Shown one piece after another: positions 11,460 to 25,300 of a stretch of 64,000 nt of DNA. This DNA comes from Naegleria gruberi (taxonomy: Eukaryota). Below the pieces are notes generated by a model that saw only the letters and a program-made list of their open reading frames with translations, searched no databases and was not told where the DNA came from. The translations under genes were made by a program, and so were the position numbers. The DNA lies in the NCBI GenBank assembly GCA_000004985.1, contig GG738866.1. The stretch is one strand, 5' to 3'. Position 1 is the stretch's first letter. Each line of letters starts with the position of its first letter.

Positions 11460-13448
11460 ATTAAAACAACAAGATGAACGGCAGTGTTAGATAACATTCT
11501 GGAGATGTATTTATTGTTGTCTTGATGAAGATTGGCCAAGTAAATGATGCATCATTAATGTTAGGAAGCATGTAAAAATTCAACTCGACAATCACTACAA
11601 ATCACTTGAAAAACATTGTCAAAACACCCTTCCTGATGTGGTACAATAACAAATCTTTGTCCTCCCCTTGAAATTGAGCAAATCTGTTCAAAGGTGTTTT
11701 TTGTTTGGTTAAATTATTTTACTTTCATCTTCTCCAGCTCTTTGAATGTACGAATGAAAGTTTTCAAACTTTCTGGGGTGATGTAATTGATGATGAAGAA
11801 CAAGGAAATGATGTTGTTTTTGCTCTACCTGCTGTTGAAGGTGTTGAAAATAATAAAATTAATAAATTGATGAGATGTATTGTTGAGTGGAATTCATCGC
11901 ATTCATTTCAATGTTATTTACAAGCAATAATTAACAATCCATGAAGGTATTAATTCTTCAGTTCAACAAAATTTGCCGTAAATTTAATCTTTGCCTTCCA
12001 AATTTCGCAACTTTTCATAAAATCCACTAAATGTAACTCCTATTGTTCCTATATCATCACACCTTTCTACACGTGTAATATTTACTAGTTTCATCAAGAA
12101 TTGCTCCTGACAATCACCACATGCTGAATAATTTAAAATTATGCTGAGAATTTTTTTTGTCCAATTTTCAACCTATCCACTCCGATAACCGTTACAGAAA
12201 AATATTCTCGGAATTGTATCATCAACACGGTATTCATACTATAATAATTTTTATTGGATTATCATCATAATATTGGGCAATAATAACTTGGAAATTATTT
12301 TTCATTGGATTATCATTGTCCGAACACAAATCTGTTGTTGTACCTTACCATACTAACTTATCTTGATGATTTAAGTAGTTGGATACGGAGACGAACTAAT
12401 TGGATAATCTACACCATGATGATGATTTTGATATTAATAAGGTACTATTATTTAATGTGAGAAGGATTTGATAATTATCAAATAGAGAAGAGTAGATATT
12501 TCGGAGTTTGTAAAATCATGAGAATACATTGCATCACATAATAGTTTCTGATTTGTTATTGCTTGTTGCCATTAGAGAATCAAGAGTGTTTTGCAAATTA
12601 AACATGCAAATTATTGTTTATGCTATTATTACATCCAAACGAACTTTCCGAATAACAAACCACAACTCTGTTTTTTTTGAATTTAAAAAAAGAAATATAA
12701 TAATTATAATAATTCAATTTAATATTTATTTTCATCGAAAAGGGTTAATTTTCATTAAGGAGTGGAATACCAATCTGAATATTGTAAACTTATACAATAA
12801 TAATTGAATGAGGTTTCAATTACTATAATATCTGTTTAACAGACTTTTGTTTAAACAGTTTCCAATCAATGTTAATCCGCCAACTCAAGCATTCTACAAA
12901 AAAGTAATTATAACAATAGCCTCGCTTGCTGTTATCTACAGTTTCGAATATCTTTCAGATTCATCACCCAGGACAAGGGAACGAATCGGCTCATAAAATT
13001 GAAATTACAATATCTTCATATTATCCCTTTCAGTTCATGAAAAAATCTTGGTGAAACCGAATAGTTTACATAAGGAAAATGAAACCAATAATAAAATGAA
13101 AATTAAGACTAAACTAATCCTTATTCGAATGAAGGAATTATGAAAATCTGTACGTCGGACATTTATGGTCCAGTCACTTCTATTCAAACTAAATAAGATT
13201 CAACCGCCGGCAGTTTGTAAAGGACAAGTTTCGAATAGAATTTCCTTACTTGTTTGTCCTATGGGTTTTTTATGCGTGGTTTATATCTTGTTGGGGGTAT
13301 TGAGTAAATCGAATTATAATTAAAGAGTTTCATTACTGTTTAATAACAACCGTTAAAGAAATTGAGTTTTCAATTAAAGACAATTGACAATCGTCAAGTA
13401 TCTTCTTATCATCATTATAAAAAAATCTTGTTAAACTAAGACCTCAGA

Positions 13449-16400
13449 ATGCCTGAAATTCTTGGTAGCACCACTGCTTCAAAGCAAGTGCTTGGTTTAA
13501 ACATTTCTCTATTGGTATGTTTCGCTTACTTTCGTTTTATTTATCAGAATCAAATTATCTTCCAACATCTCATTCACTTCTTCACATTCGCATTCAACTC
13601 CAACAATACTCAATAGAAAGGTGGTACTATCAGTCAAACAATTGTAAGTATATTCTCCTCCTCATAAAAACTTATTCTAATCTCAACAAACTATTCTAAT
13701 CTCCTTTTTTATAAACAACACAATTCAATTAATGAACACAGGTTGGTGCCATTATCACTTCTCTAGTGATTGCCTCCACCGTCGCAACCATCGTTCTCGT
13801 AACCACTGGTATTGGTTACTCTCCACCAGTTGCAGAACTTGACGTTGCATCCACATTCAAACGTGTTCCAGTTACAATCGACGTTCTTCACAATGATCGT
13901 GATCCACGTGGTGGTAATTTGACACTCACTCAAATTGTTTCTCCCCCTTCATTTGGTACAGCTCGTATTTTGTCTCAATCAAAGATTGTTTATCAATCGA
14001 GAGGTGCCTTTATGGGTAATGATTCGTTTAGTTATGAAGTTACTAATGGTTATGCTACTGCTAATGCGACTGTCAGAGTGTCAGTTGTCAATAGACCACC
14101 ACAAGCTGTGCCAATTTATAAAAAGATTTCAAAGAATGCGAACAAGGCATTGATTGATATCTTTAATTATATTGGTGATTCAGATGAAAAGATTTTTGAC
14201 ATTGACAATGATGAATTATTGGCAGTTTCATTTGGTGATCAACAAATTATTAGTGGAAATAGTCATATTGTTGGTTCAATTCAAGTTGATCCATATAATG
14301 GTTATTTGTATACTCCTGTTCCTAATTTTAACGGTATTGAAATGTTTAATTATACCATAACTGATGGAAATGACACTGATTCTTCCACAGTGACAGTTGA
14401 AGTTGACAATGATGCTCCAACTGCTGTTGATGATTATTTCAGAACTCCAAAGTATTCTGGTATCAAACTCAATGTTTTAGCCAATGATTATGATATTAAC
14501 AATGATGAAGTTAACATTACAAATGCCATTGGTGCTGGTTACGGAGCTACTCAAGTGTCAGAAAAGTCAATTTATTATTATACATCATCTGTATTGAATA
14601 CCAAGTATACTGATACTTTCGAGTATAGTATTACTGATGGTCAAAAAGAGGCATCAGCTATTGTTTTCATTGAAGTTTACAATAGGTAAGTTTTTAACTA
14701 TTTTTTGTAATTTTATTTAAAACCCATATATAGTGAGCCAATTGTTTATTCTAAAGTTGTTCAAGTTGCCAAGTCAAGTTCTAACAACACTATTACTGTA
14801 GATTATAACGACCCAGATCGTAAGGATTTAGTCACCGTTTCAAGAATTACACCTGTCTTGTCATCACTCAATCCACCTGCCAAATTAATGTTAGCTAAAA
14901 CTTATGAACAAGTCAGATTTGAATGTTGTGATTGGATCAAGGTTGAAACTAACAATTACACCATTGTTTTTGCTCCAACTCCTGGAATTGTTTACACTCA
15001 AACACTTGACATTGTCATGTCAGATGGTGAAAGTGAAGGAAATGGTAGAATTACCATTCAAGTTGTTAATACTCCACCTGTTGCTGTTGATGATCATGCT
15101 GAATGTAACAAGAATCAACAAATTTATGTTAACGTTGCTGCTAATGACTATGATGTCAATGAAGGTGATACTGCTCTTATTCAATTGTCAAATGTCAATT
15201 GGAATTCCAATACTGAACAAGGTGGTTCCATCACTCGTATCAACTCTACTCATGTACTTTATATTCCAAAGAAGAATTTCTTAGGAACTGACATTGCTCA
15301 ATATGTCATTACTGATCAAAGCAAAGACCAAAATGGAAATCCAGATTCCACAAGTTATTCAACTGGTAAATTAATTGTTCAAGTTGTTAATAATCCACCT
15401 ACTCCTGCTGATGATGAATTCACTATTTCTAAGGGTATTTCATCTGTTTTGAATGTTTTAGATAATGATTCTGATCCAAATGATGGATATGGATCTGTTT
15501 CTGTAATTAATTCTGTTAGTACAAGTTCTATTAAGAATATTTTGGCTAGTATTGTTAAGGGTTCTAAGGATATTCTTGAATATCTTGCTGTCAATGAAGA
15601 ATATGTTGATTTCTTGACATATGACGTTACTGATGCTGATGGTATGACATCTACTTATAAGGCAAATGTCAAACTTAATGTTGTCAATGATGCTCCTGTT
15701 GCTGAAAATGATGTCTATGAAACCAAGTGGAATAGATCTGTCTCTTGTTCTGTCAAGGATAATGACAAGGATATTAATGGTGACTTGTCAAAGTCAACAA
15801 TTTCAATTTCTAAAAATCCAACTCATGGTTCTGTTCAAGTTATTGGTGATTTGGTTACTTACACTCCTTACAATGGATTTGTTGGTTCTGATTCCTTCCA
15901 ATATACTCTTAATGATGGTAGCTCTGCAAATGCCGTGTCAAATGCTGCAACTGTCACTGTCAATGTCATTAACAATGCACCTGTCACTCAACAAGATACT
16001 GCCACCACTCACTGGAGAAACACAGATGGTGTCTTTATCAATCCATTATTAAATGACAGTGATCCAGACAATGATGAAATTGTTCTTTCCAGAACTAGCT
16101 CAACAGATGGCACTTCCTCATTGGTTTCTACCACCTTCCTCAAATTTATTCCAAATCAATCAACTCCTTCCACTGGTGATAAACAAGTTTCTTATACAGT
16201 TTCAGATTGGAATAAGGAAAGTGATGGAAAGATTATTGTAACCATTACAAATACTAAACCAATTGCAAGTGATGATCAATATACACTTCACTGGGCTGCT
16301 TCTGCAACTAATTTGAATGTTTTGGAGAATGATGCTGATCCAGATAGTGATCCAATTAGTTTGGGAAATGTCAAGGGTTCAACAGCAGCTGTCAAGAATG

Positions 16401-19400
16401 GAAATTCTGTCAGTTATACTCCAAAGAAGGATGGTAAGCAAGATACTTTCCAATATTCTGCATTTGATAGAGTTGATTACTCTACTGATGCAACTGTCAC
16501 TGTCAGTTTCACAAATAATGACAAGCCAGTTGCTTCTGACGTTTCCACTACTCTTCACTGGAGAGTTTTTGCTTCTCAATCCAATCAACAAGATTTCACA
16601 GTTTATTCCAAACAAACTGATTTCGATGGTGATAGTTTAACCCTATCTGTCACTGAAACTGCCAACTGTGCCAAGACAACTGACAGCATTGCCAAAGTCA
16701 GAGTTAAAGGTCCAAGCAACCAAGTTGGTACCTATTCCTGCTCATTCTCTGTTTCTGATGGCTTAGACACTTCTGGCATTAAAACAGCAAGTGTCAATGT
16801 CTATAATAATGCTCCAACATGTTCTGACATTGTCGTTGCTTTTAATCCACAATTTGTTGAAAGTGGTCAAACTTATTTATTGGGATCTTCTGTTTCTGAT
16901 GCTGATTCTAATGATTTCCCATTCCTTGCCCCAGTTGATCCAGCAGGTACCATTCAAACAGGTGACATTTTCAGAGTGGACTTGTCAGATGCCAAGAAAC
17001 TTTATTTTAAACCTAATACAAATACTGGTGACAGAAATTATCGTTATAAGGTCAGTGATGGAATTTCCAAATCTGCTGAATGTAACTTTAAGATTATTGT
17101 AAACTCTTTGGATTCTGGTGATTACAATCAAGCGTATGATGTTCATTGGAATTCAACAAATTTCCAAGTTCCAATTTTGGCGCCATTTGTTGGTAAGAGT
17201 ATTACTATAAAGAGTAAAAAGACAAATCCATCACAAGGACAAGCAACTGTTGATGCTGATAATCAAAAGGTTTATTTCACTCCTGCAAGAAAGTTGTACG
17301 TTGATAGTTTTGTAGTGGTTGTGACAGATGGCACTTTTGATAATGATGTGACAGTTACATTGTCAACATATAATACTAATCCAACTGCTTCTGTTCCAAC
17401 ACAAACTATGAATTGGGGAACTTCCAAGACCATCAATCTTTTACAAAATTATGCTGACAAGGATATGACAGATGGTTTCGAATCGATTGGTAAAATTAGT
17501 TCAGTTTCTTCTGCTGTTAAGGGAACTGTTTCACTTTCTGGTAATAACGCCATTTACACTGCTCCAGATCTTTACATTGGAAGTGATTCATTTACTGCAA
17601 CTGCCACTGATGGACTTGCCACTGTCACTTTTACTGTCAATATTAATTTAATTAATTCTGCTCCTATTGTTACTAATAAGGATATTTCAATCCATTGGTC
17701 TAAACATGCCGCTGGATATGCTATTGATTTGTCAACTGGTTCTTCAGATCCTGAAAATAATCCATTGACATTTGCTGTCAGCTCTGCAAGTATTTCACCA
17801 TCAAGTGCTGGAACAGTGACATTTAGTTCACCATCCAGTGGTGTTGTAAAGGCTGGCTCTTCTGTCTATCTTGGTAAATTCACATTCTCCTTCTCTGCAA
17901 GTGACAGATTAATTTCAACTCCTGGTTCTGTAGCTGTCACTGTAATTAATGACATGGCCACACCAATTGCTGATTCTGCTAATGTCCATTGGAGACAAAC
18001 TGGTGTAGAATTGAATCCTATCACTAAATATGAACCTACTTTGAAAGATACAGATGGTGATAGTTTGACAATTAGTGCTGTCAAAGCTCAGAAAGGAAGT
18101 GTCACAATTCACACATCAAAGACTGCCATTGTTTACAATGCTCCTTCAAATGCCATTGGACAAGATGTTGTTACTTATAGATTCACTGATGGTGCTCAAT
18201 CCCTTGAAGATTCCAGAACTGTCGTAAATGTCAATTTATATAACAATGCCCCTTCAGCTGTTGCTCAATCAGCTTCAACTAAATGGCATTTACCTGTCCA
18301 AGTTCCATTGACAAGTGCTTGTACAGATACAGATAGTTGGGATTCTAACTTTGTTACATTCAATGGTGCTGTTTCCAATATTATTGGTGGTTCAGTTTCA
18401 GTTTCTAATAGAATCGTCACCTTTACTCCATCCTTAACTCTTGCTCAATACACCAAATCAGGAGATGTTTACACTGGTACTGCCTCTTTCAATTTCCAAT
18501 GTACTGATGGTTTGGCAACAGCTGTCAACCCAGGTGTCGCAACCATCACTGTCACTAATAATGCTCCAACTGGAACAGGCAAATCTGTCACAATTCAAAG
18601 AGATTATACAAGAACTTCATATGATTTTGCATGGACAGACATGGCTACTTACTCAGATATTGATGGAAATTCTGTTTCCTTAATTAAATTCTCATCATCT
18701 GATTCAGCAATTTCAATTTCTACAATTGGAAATACTATTAGATTGACAACTCCAAGAGATGTCAGAGGTGTCAAGATAATTTCATTCAAATTATTTGATG
18801 GACTTCATGAAAGTACTAACGAATTGAAATTTACTGTTGAATTCCTTAATACTGCTCCAGTTTGTAAAGCTGCATCAGTGTCACTTGCCAAGAGACAATC
18901 ATATGACCTGTCACAATTATTCTCAGCAACTGATGTCAATAATGATGTATTGAGACATACTTTGAGTGGTGCTGTTCCAGCTGAATTTGGTTCAACTTCT
19001 GGAACTGTTTTCACAAGTGCTGCCAGTAGAAGTGGTGTGACAAGTGTCAGTTATACCACAACTGATGGACAAGATACAAGCTCACCTTGTGTAATTACCA
19101 TTACTATTACCAATAATGCACCAATCGCTCAAGACGCTGGTTACAGTTTCAAACCAGATCCTGCAAACTTGATTCACACTTTCACATACACTGCTACTGA
19201 TCCTGATGGTGACAGTTTGACATATTCTTCATCCAGTAATAATTGTGTTTCTGGTGCTTTGGCTACTACTCTTTCTATTTCATCATCTGGTGTTATCACT
19301 TTCAATAGAAAATCATCAGCTGTTGCTGGAGTTTGTACCATGTCAGTAACCGTAGTTGACAATAACAATCCAAGTGCTTCTGACACTGCAACTGTTACAT

Positions 19401-20699
19401 TTACCATCACTGCTACTCCACCAACTGCCAGAGATGATAGATTCCAAATTAATCAAGGTCAAACTATCAGAATTTTCACAAGTCAAATTTTGGCAAATGA
19501 CAATGACGAATATGGTTCAGCAACTTCCTTGACATTTGTTTCTTTCGAATGTCCAGCTGGTTACTGCCACAGTACTCCTAGATTAGTCACTTACAATGGT
19601 CAACAAGCTATTGAACTCGACTCTGATCAAAAGACCTGTCAAGCTGACAAATTCAAATACACAATGCGTACTAATTTGGGAGCTGAACGTCAAGCAGATG
19701 TTTTCATTGAATTCAAGAATTGTTACTGTGCTGCCAAGATTGACTTTGTCTTTTTATACGATTCATCTGGTTCCATTGGTGGAACAAACTTTAACAAAAT
19801 GAGAGATTTAGGTAAACGAATTATTGGAAGAATGCAACTTGCTGAAGATGCCATTAAGGTTTCAATTGTAAGATTCCATTCATCAGGTGTTAGAGCATTG
19901 TCTTTAACTTCTAATGGTGCTACTGTTAATAATACTTTTACCTCCATGACTGTAAGTAGTTTTTTAATAATTTTGTAAAGTATTTAATAATTTAATTTAA
20001 CAATACTAGTATGATGCTGGAAATACTGCAACTATTGCTGGTATGAGAATGGCTGTTGATGCTTTGAGACCTGCTAATGGTGGTAGAGCTGATGCTGATA
20101 AGGTTATTTATGGTATGTTTTTTTATTTGAAAACTTTACAATAATTTACAATTTCTTCTTTTATAGTGCTCACTGATGGTCTCGGTAACGTACCATGTAG
20201 TTGTTCTCAATGTGAAACTGAATGGTCATCCACTCCAAGTGTCTATCCAAAAACAGTTCAACAAGACATTCTCAATACTCTCTCAGGAACTTCAAGAACC
20301 AATGCTCTCCGTAATATGTGTGCTTACCAATTCTCTGATTCATCTGTATTGAATGGAAAAACATGTTCCTATTGTAGTGGTGGTAATGCTGCCTATTGTT
20401 TACCATGTGCTGATGCTGTTCCAATTGCCAAGAAGATTAATAGTTGGAAACGTGATGCTAATGGAATTGTTCCAAATGATCCTGATAATCCATATAATGG
20501 TAATAATAGAGTTCAATGGAAGGTTGTTGCTATGGCTGTTGGTAATGCCATGACTGATGTTTGGGGAGCTAGACAAATTCAAGGTATGAATTATGATGCT
20601 AGTAGAGCAATTACAGTCTCTTGGACTGATTTGTCATCTACAATGAGTGAAATTGTCGATCAATCTTGTAATCAAGTCAATGTTGAAACTGCTCAATAA
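13449..20699 (+). CDS. Giant adhesin-like protein (about 2260 aa): N-terminal hydrophobic anchor, about 20 tandem 95-100-aa cadherin/VCBS-like repeats, C-terminal VWA domain and Cys-rich tail
   Basis: Exon structure: exon 13742-14685; intron 14686-14733 (GTAAGT..TAG, contains an in-frame stop); exon 14734-19951; intron 19952-20009; exon 20010-20112; intron 20113-20166 (GTATGT..TAG); exon 20167-20699. A tentative first exon 13449-13514 (MPEILGSTTASKQVLGLNISLL, donor GTATGT) is uncertain. Repeat motifs V.NNAP.A.DD…N.L.ND.D.DGD…YTP..F.G.D.F.Y…DG; VWA signature DFVFLYDSSGSIGG. Confidence 0.8.
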
Positions 20700-20775
20700 A
20701 TTCAATAACTAGTTTCTAATTAAATAATTAATTCTTTAAAATAATTAAATTAGAAAATTAATTAATAATAAAAAA

Positions 20776-22287
20776 CTATTCAGATTTCCTCCTCTTTTGA
20801 AATTCCAAATAATAAGATTTTCCAGAATGCCAAATCTTGTTATCTTCCAAAGCTCTTTGAACTTGAAATTTATCCAATAATGATGATTCATCAAAATTTG
20901 AATTTCCCATTCGTTCTTTCAATATTGATTCCAATTTATCCTGGAAAAAGTATGCTCTCTTTTTAAAGAGCTTGACAAGTGTTGATTTGTGAATTAAAAA
21001 CTTTGGCAGATGAATATCTGAATAGAGAACATTGATAAATCGAGTGGAATTATCATTAATCTTATCGAATCGATAGAAAAAGAAACCATCATACCGTCCC
21101 ATATCCTTTGGCTCGTGTCCAAACTCTGCAAAATTACCACTGTGTCCAATAATGACATAACTATTAGCCAACTCGTCATGAATACTTGTGTGAACTTGAG
21201 TAATGTCTCTATTCTTAAATCCTGGTAAATTCAAATCCAAAACTCCAACGGAATAATTCATTCCAAGTGAATCTTTAGTTGCTTCCTTGTAATGAATTGT
21301 TCTAATGTCTATCATGTTATCTTTTCCTTCCTCTATGGCAGTGACATGTAAAAAGACTTTCCAAACATCTTCCAATGGATATGGAACGGTCATATTGAAC
21401 TTTGTTAGGTGCATTGCAGTATCGTCCTGGAATACATATTGAGTTTTAGAATAAAAGAATTGAATCGAGTTGGAATTTTTGGAATTTTTGATCATTTCCC
21501 AATCTGGTGAATCTTCCATTAAACTATATCCAAAATAAATATCCTTCTCTGTTATTTCATTAGAATTTAAATGACTAGGTTTAAATCTAAAGTCTACATT
21601 GTAACCTTTCGATGTATCTATTGCTATTTGACGAGTAAAGTTTTCACCTTGTTTCTTCAAGAATGAAAATAACAATTCTGATCTAGAAAACCTTGGAAAT
21701 TGATCACATTTCAAATCAATCTCAATAGAAAGTAGTATATTCCTAAATAAATTATCTGGATTCAACGTTTCGAATACTTGTTCAATTTGTCCAATCAGAA
21801 ATTCAGCTTCTCCAAGAGAATTTGCATTAAACTGAACCGTCACAGATGATCTTCTTTTCAATTGAATTATTCCTGTTGTGGAAGAATAGGATTGACTTCC
21901 TACACTGAAATAGGGTTCAATTTTTTCATCCCAAATTGATAAAACTTCTCTTTTAGAAGATGACAAGTTTAATTCCATATCACTTCCGTTTCGAATGTAA
22001 GTATTCATGATTTGATGAGCTCTTTCGAAAGCCTTTTCACAACTTTTCATTAAATTTTCTACTTGATTCTTTTGGTTTGATTCCGAAGGTAGTTTCGAAT
22101 ATTCATTCCGATAAACTTCTACATCATTTACGAACAATAACGGCTCTTCATTTGATGCTACGGTTTTTAAATAATGAAGAAATAAATCCCTTGCTTCACT
22201 ATTTTCCATCACTTCATCATAGGTTACCACAAATTTACGAGCATCAAATCGTTTAGTGTCATCTTTCAACATTAGTTTTTTAAACAT
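20776..22287 (-). CDS. RGS (regulator of G-protein signalling) domain protein (about 503 aa from the AAAAAAATG start; the ORF extends to 22344)
   Basis: N-terminal region SEARDLFLHYLKTVASNEEPLLFVNDVEVYRNEY matches the RGS box pattern; long single-exon ORF. Confidence 0.6.
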   Translation of the reverse strand: MFKKLMLKDDTKRFDARKFVVTYDEVMENSEARDLFLHYLKTVASNEEPLLFVNDVEVYRNEYSKLPSESNQKNQVENLMKSCEKAFERAHQIMNTYIRNGSDMELNLSSSKREVLSIWDEKIEPYFSVGSQSYSSTTGIIQLKRRSSVTVQFNANSLGEAEFLIGQIEQVFETLNPDNLFRNILLSIEIDLKCDQFPRFSRSELLFSFLKKQGENFTRQIAIDTSKGYNVDFRFKPSHLNSNEITEKDIYFGYSLMEDSPDWEMIKNSKNSNSIQFFYSKTQYVFQDDTAMHLTKFNMTVPYPLEDVWKVFLHVTAIEEGKDNMIDIRTIHYKEATKDSLGMNYSVGVLDLNLPGFKNRDITQVHTSIHDELANSYVIIGHSGNFAEFGHEPKDMGRYDGFFFYRFDKINDNSTRFINVLYSDIHLPKFLIHKSTLVKLFKKRAYFFQDKLESILKERMGNSNFDESSLLDKFQVQRALEDNKIWHSGKSYYLEFQKRRKSE

Positions 22288-22352
22288 TTTTTTCTGAAAC
22301 CAATAAGAAAACTTTGAGAGATTTGAAAACAACTGTAGTGGCAATATCAGTT

Positions 22353-25300
22353 TTATCTAATATACATGTTTGCTTTTGTAACTCCATAATCTGGTACTGG
22401 GAATGTATAAGCCTTGAAAATGTTTGTAACACCACCTACTATACTACCACAATAACTTGTAATGGCTCCACTCTTTGTAGTTGGTCCTCCCAATGAACAT
22501 GTATCAGTACCATAATTACAAGGGCTACCATCTTCAACACGATACAATTCAGTGTCTAATAAGGATGATGCCAATGTTTTACAAACAAAAGAACCACCTG
22601 TTGATAAGGTAGAAATTGAGGCAAGACCATAGTATCCAGTTGGATCTCTCCAAAGAATATCAGAGGAAACATTTCTCAATGCTCCCCACTTGTCATCAGA
22701 GACTGAATAACCATATACATCAACCTTGACATAATCATTCGTTGCTAATGGAATGGCTATATTATTAGTGGTGGTTCTTGATGAAACCAAAGCCCAACCA
22801 CCTCCAAGGTACTCCATATCACAATAAACCTTAAACTTATTCATTGTATCTAATGGTTTCACCCAATAAACACCACTGGCAGCAGATGGAATCAAATCCT
22901 TGTATTCACGACATGACCTCAACACGTTACCAATAAAATAGGCACTATCAAGTGTTTGAAGAGCAATAACAACGCCTGTTGTAGTTGGCACGTATGGCTT
23001 AGTTTCATTGGCGAAATAAATTGAATGAATACTGATTGGAACATTAGGATTAGTTTTTAAAAAGTTTTGAGGTAAATCAACGGAGAATAAATTGAGCTTA
23101 TTGTTTAGAATCAATGTAGAGGTAATACCCATAGTTGGCATTGGTAATTTTTGATTGATATCTTCCCATACTAGAGGATTGCTCTTGAGAGCTCTAGAAA
23201 TTCCCTTCAATTCAGAATAAGTTGGACTAAAACCACCAGTCATGTACAAGTAAGTGTCATCACTAAACAGATTACTTTCTGTGTAAGGGTGAGGAAGAAC
23301 TCTATAACTATTTTGCCAAATCATCTCAGAAGCAGAGGCATACAAAATGTCAGAATTGAGAGCAAGTCTACCAACTCTACCCCCAAAAAGATAAATATTG
23401 TCGCCAATGACTTGAGCAACACCATTATAGATTGCTCTTGGTAGAACCTTTGAAACCTCTTCCCAAATCAATAGGTCGTTTAAATGACATCTCATCACTT
23501 TATATGTTGGGATTGTTGTTCCTCTATCATCTGTTAACCCACCAAAAATGTACAAGTACTCGTCAACAATTGCTAACATTCCTGAGGCAACAGGGTAGGG
23601 TAAAGTTTGATTAAAAATCTGAATAGAGTCAACTGATGTTTTAAGAGCAATTCTATTCGAAACAACATTATTCACAACACCACCAAAGTAAAAAACAGCA
23701 CCGTCCTTTGTAAAGTCGTGGGTATTACAGAAAGAGAAGGCAGCAAACATTTCGTAGGTTGTTTTTGCAATATTCACACTCATATCTGATTTACCAACCA
23801 TAATCATGTCCATATTATCATTAGAAAGGGAGATGAAGTTATTCTCAGAATAGACAATTCTAAGAGAAGACAAATCAAATACTGGAAACACCTTCTCGTA
23901 AGGAACAATGTAAGCGATTGAAAAGATGAATGCCTTAGTATAATAGTTTCTAAACCCAGAATATCCACTGCTAAAGAATGGAACTGAAAATTTACCACCA
24001 GCATAAAATCCCATCTCTCTGTCTTTGTTGTAAGCCAAGATGGCTGATTCTTTCATGATGTGAATTTCATGGACATAATCAAAGCCTGGAGGAGAAAGCA
24101 GAGAATCTGGTGCATACTGTGTTCCGCACCCTTTTCTGCCATAACTTGACCAACTGTAATCGTACCAATAATTAAATCTAGCAAGGCCAAGATTGCAAAC
24201 ATTGTCATCATTTCTACCCCATGCCCATATTGTTTGATCATCTGCCAAGGCAAATGCTTGTTCATTCTTGTGGAATAGCTTGACAATCTTTCTCGACCCA
24301 ATGTTGGTGGTAGAAATTGCAGATGGATTTATGGTTGAAGAACTGACGTCTGTTCCCAACTGACCATTATAATTATATCCCCAACCAAATACACGTCCAG
24401 TATCTAACAGAGCAAGAGTGGATGAATCACCACATTGAAAGTCGATAATACTTGAAGAAAAGTACACAAAAAAGTCAGAGGTAAAATTTGTTGGAGTGCA
24501 CTGAGAAATAACAAAGGTTCCGTTGACCTTTCCCAAGTTATCGTAGGTATATCTGACGTACGAAGAAGTTGGAATACTGTAACTGTCTATTCCTTCACTA
24601 TTCCTTCTTTGCCCCTATTTATAATTGTAAATTAACACATCAATTTGATAACATACCCAATAATACATTACACCTGAAGTGGTTCTTCCAACAGCATGGC
24701 TTTTGCCAAAACAAATCTTGGTAAACTTTAAGGTGTTAGAAATTTTAACAGGTGAAGAAGAAACTGCAGTAGAGCCAGTTCCTAGTTGACATTCAGATCC
24801 TCTTCCCCAACTAAAAGCATAGCCATCACTGTCAAGGTACACTGAATTATATGGTCCAGCATTGATAAAAGTAATGGTATTGGAATGACTCTTGATCTTG
24901 ACAGGATAGGTAACAACACCTTGATAACCAGCTCCAACTTCTCCATTGGCGTTTGTTCCCTGAAATTTCAATGAATAAATATATATAAAACAAAAATGTA
25001 AAAAGGCATGTAAGAACATAAAAACAAAGAATACAAACCCATGAATAGATAGCCCTATTGGTCAATATGAGTACATGTTGTTGACCACATGCAACTTGCT
25101 TAATGTACTCATCAGAGTCGAGAGGTAAATCAACTCGTCCAGGAGCTGGAGTAGCAGGAATTCTTCCCAACGTTGTGGTTCCCCAAGAATAAAGCACTCT
25201 GGTGGCTGGATCTAGGTGGATTCCAAAAGCATCTCCAGTGCACATGAACATTCTCTCCCTTGGTGGTTCAACCTTGGGAGATCTGAAATAAATTGATGTC

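Noticed and set aside
11705-11944. 79-aa ORF, and other 60-90-aa ORFs in intergenic DNA (7706-7891, 9429-9626, 9941-10153, 12529-12807, 13517-13699)
   Set aside because: No domain, no A-rich start context, AT-rich low-complexity translations; not enough evidence for genes
14904-19947. Numerous 60-130-aa ORFs in alternative frames or on the antisense strand inside the adhesin gene (for example 14904-15284, 15666-16052, 16317-16640, 19723-19947)
   Set aside because: Hydrophobic, low-complexity translations typical of out-of-frame readings of an AT-rich coding region; all are fully contained in a 5.2-kb exon with strong coding signal
24847-25038. 3' extension of ORF 24847-26019 (…SWVCILCFYVLTCLFTFLFYIYLFIEISGNKRQ…)
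   Set aside because: Read-through into the 79-bp intron; the GTTTGT donor at 25038 and CAG acceptor at 24960 give a clean RCC1-repeat continuation instead
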